DNA of 49,803 nucleotides, counting the filler, from Jimgerdemannia flammicorona (taxonomy: Eukaryota), in assembly GCA_003990765.1 (NCBI GenBank). It is 2 parts of 2 records of this genome, joined end to end, with 100 filler letters (N's around TTAATTAATTAA, not from the genome) between each part and the next. Parts side by side here need not be neighbours in the genome. Positions count along the whole stretch, not along the records: positions 24,954 to 49,803 come from RBNJ01000913.1; 1 more part is not named here. One strand, written 5' to 3'. Positions 45,001-49,803 of the stretch are shown here, piece by piece. The number at the start of each line of letters is the position of its first letter. The first letter of the stretch is position 1. Both the position numbers and the translations under genes were made by a program. Under the pieces are notes generated by a model. The model was not told the origin of the DNA, ran no database searches, and saw nothing but the letters and a program-made list of their open reading frames with translations.

Positions 45001-46307
45001 GACATTCAGTGGTGGCTTGCTTTTCTACTGCTTTAGAATAGCATTTCAGTCATTTATCCAATCAAGTGGACTAGTTTGCCTAATGCTCATTTATAGACTA
45101 ATATCAGTAGCAACTTAGGCTTTGAGATATATTATGAAGGATTGTAGTTCTCAGCCTTATGGCTCCATGCCTTAATACCATATAATATTCAATTCAAAGA
45201 GCTCTATACTGTTGTGGTAGCTGCTGCCACTTGAGGTACTTAGTGGGCTTTTCACTAGATCCTTCTTCATGTGGATAATTAAGTAGTTATTACTATTATC
45301 AACTCAGACACTATATACAATCCTTTTTTACTTGAGCTTCTTTGCCAACTTTATTTCCTTATGGCATTGTATGCCTTCTAACTTCACACTATATATGTCT
45401 TTATCTCTGATAATTGCATCACTGACACTTTGTCCCACTCTGACCTTCCTCATTTCTACCATCTTGTCTCTCATATGCAAATATACCTGACAATGATTGG
45501 TATCATCTGCATACCATGCTTCTACCTATCATTGCCTTCTTTCTGTGGTTTGGACTAGCAAAATCTACATGCTGCTCATATTCTTTAGGACAATGTAGCT
45601 TTTTCCAATTCTGTATCCTCTATAGTAACTATAGTTCCAGTAGTACCCTACCCATATCTGAGCTGGTGCTGATGTATTGGGTCTATCATCTTGCCTTATG
45701 GCATCTGTAACCCACTACTATCAAGTAGTATCTCTCCACTATTCAGTCTCTTCACATCAACTCTGGTCTCACCAACCCTTTTATAGATCTTCAATAGTTA
45801 CTCCAAGTTATATATAGTGTCAAATAATGGCTGGGCATATGGCCAGCCTGTCCTTAGCTCTCAATTACCATTGGCATCTTATGGCAGCTTCTGGCCCTTC
45901 TGTGCCTGCAAGACCATAATGACCTCAATCTGGTAGTAGCAATATCTCTGACCTATGTCAGATTCCTGAGGTCAGGTGAGTTTACATGAGATTGTCTATT
46001 TGATTCCTCCTTCCAGATTTCTTTGGGGCTGTATAGCCTTCTACCCTCATATTATAGACCCTATATATATAACTCTAACTCTACCTACCTCAAAAATGAA
46101 TCTCTTTCAACAGAGCTGCACTCTGTTTATCATCAAAACAGCACTAAATACACTATATATTATATCTCTACTTTGCTTTCTATTTCTCACCACCCTCAAT
46201 CCAGCAGGTGCTTCTCTATTGTGAGTCACCCTTTCTCCCACTCCTATCTCATTTACTATCTCTGGTCTCTGCTTCTATATATTGGACTCAATTCAGCTCT
46301 CTACACT
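42090..46307 (+). mobile_element. Second Ngaro/DIRS-type tyrosine-recombinase retrotransposon, 3'-truncated
   Basis: Gag finger YAYN...CFYAHICIWCGEDHLWSRC (~43650-43775); RT KVDL and YYIDNFL (44050-44800); RNase H KELYTVV...HVDN (45080-45450); YR 45516-46307 with FLRSGEF, cut at ALYT just before the HxxR motif. 5' boundary approximate. Confidence 0.85.
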
Positions 46308-48208
46308 CCTGAGCCAGGTCCAGATCATGTTCTGTAGCTTCCACCTCCTCTTCAGTCCTCTTAGCCTCCAGTCCAACCAGAAGTTCAGTGAGCTCCCCAT
46401 CCTCCTTCTCCTCAAATTCCTCACAATATTCCAGGCAGGCCTCCTGCCAGAGCTGTAACCCATGCTGCTCTGCCCAACAGTAAGCAGCCCTCTCACCAGC
46501 AGTAACTGCCAGCCCAGCCTCTCTCTCCTTGTCAACCTCATACCCTTCCTCCTTCAGAAAAACTGCAAGAATCTCTGCCTTCAGTACCTCTACCACTCTC
46601 TTGCCATATAGGATATGTGCCCAATACTCATTACTCACTACTCACAGGTCTACCTCCTCCAATTCCTCTGCTGCAAAGTTGTTCATCATCCTGCACATCC
46701 ACAGCAGATTTCCCACCTCCTTCTCCCTGGGAGGTGCTGGCTGCCCTCTGTCCAGCATCGAGATATCAGCCTCTGCACTCATAGCCTCATCCCACTCTCC
46801 CTCCTGAACATCCACTAGTTCATACTCACCCACCACCACTATCTGCCCCCCCTTCACTACCTCTGGAACTCCAAAGTATACCCTCTGGACTCCCCATATG
46901 GGCACATCCTCTGCCACCCTGTACCAAGAAGGTGGACCATATCCAATAAGCAGTATAGGGGTCAGAGATGGCTCTCAGACCTCAAAGGTACCATCTACAT
47001 AAGGGTTATTTCCCTTTACCTCCTTTCCCCCTCCTGTCCCCTTCTTTGCATTCTCTCTATCCTTGTCAGCCCAGATGCTCTCCTTGGCTCCTCCCATAAT
47101 TTCAATGCCACTAACATCCTTCTTCACCCTGCTTTCCAGTTTTGCCAGCAGCTCTCTCTGCTTCATATATCCTTGGGATCTTTCCCACCACCCCTTATCT
47201 ATCCAAATCCTCTTTCCATCCACCACTTCCAAATACATCAACTCAACATATATCTTCCAAGCCTTTGCCCTCTACTCTACAGTACTGCTCAGCTCTTCCA
47301 GTACTTCCAGCAGATTCTCTTCCTCCTCCTCACTCCCCTTTACCCTTGTTATCTTGTATAAGAAAGCCCTCCAGACCATCACTGAAGGCCAGTCCCCAGC
47401 CTTCCTGGTAGCTTTCTTCTCTGCCAACTGAATTCAAACATCAATATCTCCAGTTCTGAAAGAGATCCCCTCTCAGACCTGGAACCCAACATTGACCATC
47501 TCACCATACTCAGCCATGACTTCTACAACCCTCCTCCTTATCTCCTCAGTGGTCACTATGGGCACCCCTTTCACCAGCAATTGCACCACTCCAGAGTCCT
47601 ACCTCAAGCAATGTGCCATTGAAACACACACCTCTCTAACTATTAATCCTTCCTTCAGAGCCTCCTCCAATGGTCCAGTCTCCTCAAAACCAATCTCTAC
47701 TCCTTCTAGTCTCTTCAGGAACTTCATGAATGCTGCTCTAGCCACCTGCTTAGCAATCAGCCCCAGGACTATTTTTATCATCACCACCAAGCCCCAGAAG
47801 CTCAAGGTGACTACAAACTCCAAGATTGACTTCTTGAGTAATGGTGACACTGCTAGTCCTATTATACCATCTGCCAGATCACTAGACCTCATGTCTTTCC
47901 CACTGCTTAGTCCACCATCAGCAGTCCCATCTTGATTTTTTTTCTAATTACTTGTCATACTCCCATCAGGAGTCACTTCAGCAGTCACCCCCTCAGCCCC
48001 TACACTACCAGCTCCACTACTCCAGCCCATCAGAGAGACTCGTCCTTGAGGCTGTTGCCCTGTAGTCTTCATCATCTCCTTGCCCCTCCTAAGTCAGCCT
48101 TCCAGCCCAGCTTCCCCCCAAGCCAGGGCCCCTCCCCACATATTGCCAGTTAAATATACCTAGGCCACCCTGCCCAGTATGCACCTCAGAATGCTCATCA
48201 GTTGCCAT
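46308..48208 (-). mobile_element. L1/Tx1-type LINE 5' part: long ORF1, 3'-truncated
   Basis: Probable ATG at 48208; RRM-like VQLLVKGVP...EEI...YGEMVNV...EG...TGDIDV.I.L and knuckle remnant ICWK; same purine-rich coding strand as the LINE at 25584-27660. Confidence 0.7.
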
Positions 48209-48465
48209 GATTTTAGTAGCTTTTCTCCAGAAACTATGTTGAAAGTGTTGCCAAAAGGTTGTATAACCTGAATGTTACAAGAGAAAGGTGTGCAGAATAA
48301 TTTCATTTATCTAAAGAATGACAAGAATGAGCTCAGCAAGTCATTCTATAGCAACTATGTAAAGCAACCACTCTATTTCATGTTCTTCAAATAGAAGCCT
48401 CAGTTCAAGAACATATTTCAAAAAGCTGAACATATTAACCATCATACAGTTGCTGTTATTTGAAT

Positions 48466-49788
48466 TATAATATGCCCAGCCCAATGTAGGCAAATTACAA
48501 GGTTGGGGGTTGATGTAGTTTGGCTTGAGCCCTAGTTACTTTGTCAAAAGCAACAAAATGTTCTTGGTGTTTAGTGGTATAGTAGTGAAAGCCAGATAGC
48601 TGTGAGCAATTTCCTTGTTGGGATGGTTCTCGGGGCATAGCGGCAATTTGTGAGTGTGCGTGTGGCAGACTGGTAATTTAGCGGTTTCCTTCTTGAGTGG
48701 CGGCAATCTCCAAAAGTATGCAATTTCCGCATGACGATCTCTGTGTAGCGCGAGCGGGTTCCTTATGTGGTGCGATCTGGGAATTTAGCAGATAACTCTA
48801 TTTGGGTGCAGATTCTCCAGAAATGGCGGTATTCTGGGAAAGAACTCAGATGGCGAGGATAATTTGGATAACTCGGGTAACTCGTTTTGGTGCGGATTCT
48901 CCTGAATCGGCTCCTCTGGGAATATCGGATAACTTGATAATTCAGATAACTCGGGTGGTGGATAATTCAATAACTCAGACAACTCGGAGGACGCGGATTC
49001 TTGGCAAGTTACATCAAAGACTGGCTTCATTTGCGTGGGGTTACGTTGATAAACGGGCTCTACTGTGAAGTTGCATCAGGAGACTGGCTTGTGGCAAGAT
49101 TCCTATAAGGCTCGCGGACTTCTCAAAAACAGTGGCTTATTCCTTAAGTGTCGGATTACTCAAATGGAGGCAAAGTTCTCAAACTTGGCGGCAAATCTCG
49201 AGCTTTGTATCAGAAAGTGGACCGGAGTGGAAAATAAGTTGACAATCTCCTGGCAGTGGCTGTAGAGTTCCTCTCAAAGTGTTGTAGGCAGACTTGTCTT
49301 TTGCTTTGAATTTCGGACTGAGGTTTATTCACTCTTGTCTCTGGGGTATTTTATACAGTTGTGGTTGCTATCTGGTTACTATATTGCTAATTATAGATTT
49401 CTATCTATGGCATGTGTACCTGGACAGTATGATGGACTGGGATGGTACAGTGTACCCACTCAGTACAATGTTCTGGACTGGTACAGGTAAACATACTGTT
49501 TCTGATATCTCTGGCTAATTATATTGGTTGGTGCAGTAAAGCAGGTTTGGTTGCTTAGTGCACTAGATATAATATGTGGCTAATTTATGATTTTGGTGAG
49601 ACAATTCTGCTACTTGTCACATCAGTCCCCACTAAAGGATAGTCTGTCCTCAGACTATCCTTTAGTCATCATTCCAATATACATAAGCATCTTCAGTATC
49701 AATACCTGAACCATTATCTTCATTTGGATCAGAGTCACTCCATTCAACAGGTTCTTCTTCTTTCTCTGAGAATAAGATCATGACATGG
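48466..49788 (-). mobile_element. Family B relative (element E): 3' LTR 48466-49621, PPT and end of pol
   Basis: LTR homologous to 2359-3622; TCAGTCCCCACTAAAGGA and the following 160 bp match 3623-3790. Confidence 0.9.
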
Positions 49789-49803
49789 TTTTTTTTTTTT
49801 TTT
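49789..49803 (-). repeat. Poly(T) at the contig end, probably the A-tail of a retroposon inserted in element E
   Basis: Homology to B stops abruptly at a T run that reaches the contig end. Confidence 0.55.

Noticed and set aside
48170..48205. Hammerhead at the LINE 5' end (CTGATGAG plus stem, - strand)
   Set aside because: Stem II is followed by ATAC instead of GAAA and no stem I partner exists; the motif is simply codons 3-5 of ORF1.
48210..48465. Coding-like fragment between the LINE and LTR E
   Set aside because: It reads like decayed protein but has no assignable motif.

Overview
Eukaryotic, probably fungal (inference), transposon-dense sequence made of two separate contigs of almost equal length (1-24853 and 24954-49803) joined by an artificial N44-TTAATTAATTAA-N44 linker. 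No intact host protein gene is recognisable, and every element is decayed by C>T/G>A transitions. Contig 1 is one nest. A Tf1/chromovirus-type Ty3/gypsy element (family A, dUTPase between Gag and protease) is interrupted by: a full-length 10,080-bp gypsy of a second family (B: 1264-bp LTRs, tRNA-Pro PBS, 4-bp TSD, a ~430-aa Cys/His-rich insert and dUTPase between protease and RT); a hAT-like non-autonomous element that itself holds a structurally complete Ngaro tyrosine-recombinase retrotransposon; and a younger B-family copy that is cut by a short-LTR Copia-like element. Contig 2 holds L1/Tx1-type LINE pieces, two copies of a ~1.2-kb hairpin-rich non-autonomous poly(A) retroposon, a ~2.6-kb CpG-preserved island with no ORF, a second family-A body flanked by mismatched LTRs, a long-TIR Tc1 element, a second Ngaro-like element and another B-family LTR. 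The most interesting points are the family-B polyprotein architecture, dUTPase at two different positions in two gypsy lineages, the apparent LTR swap, the unmutated non-coding island and the structured retroposon. Domain boundaries were read by eye and are approximate.
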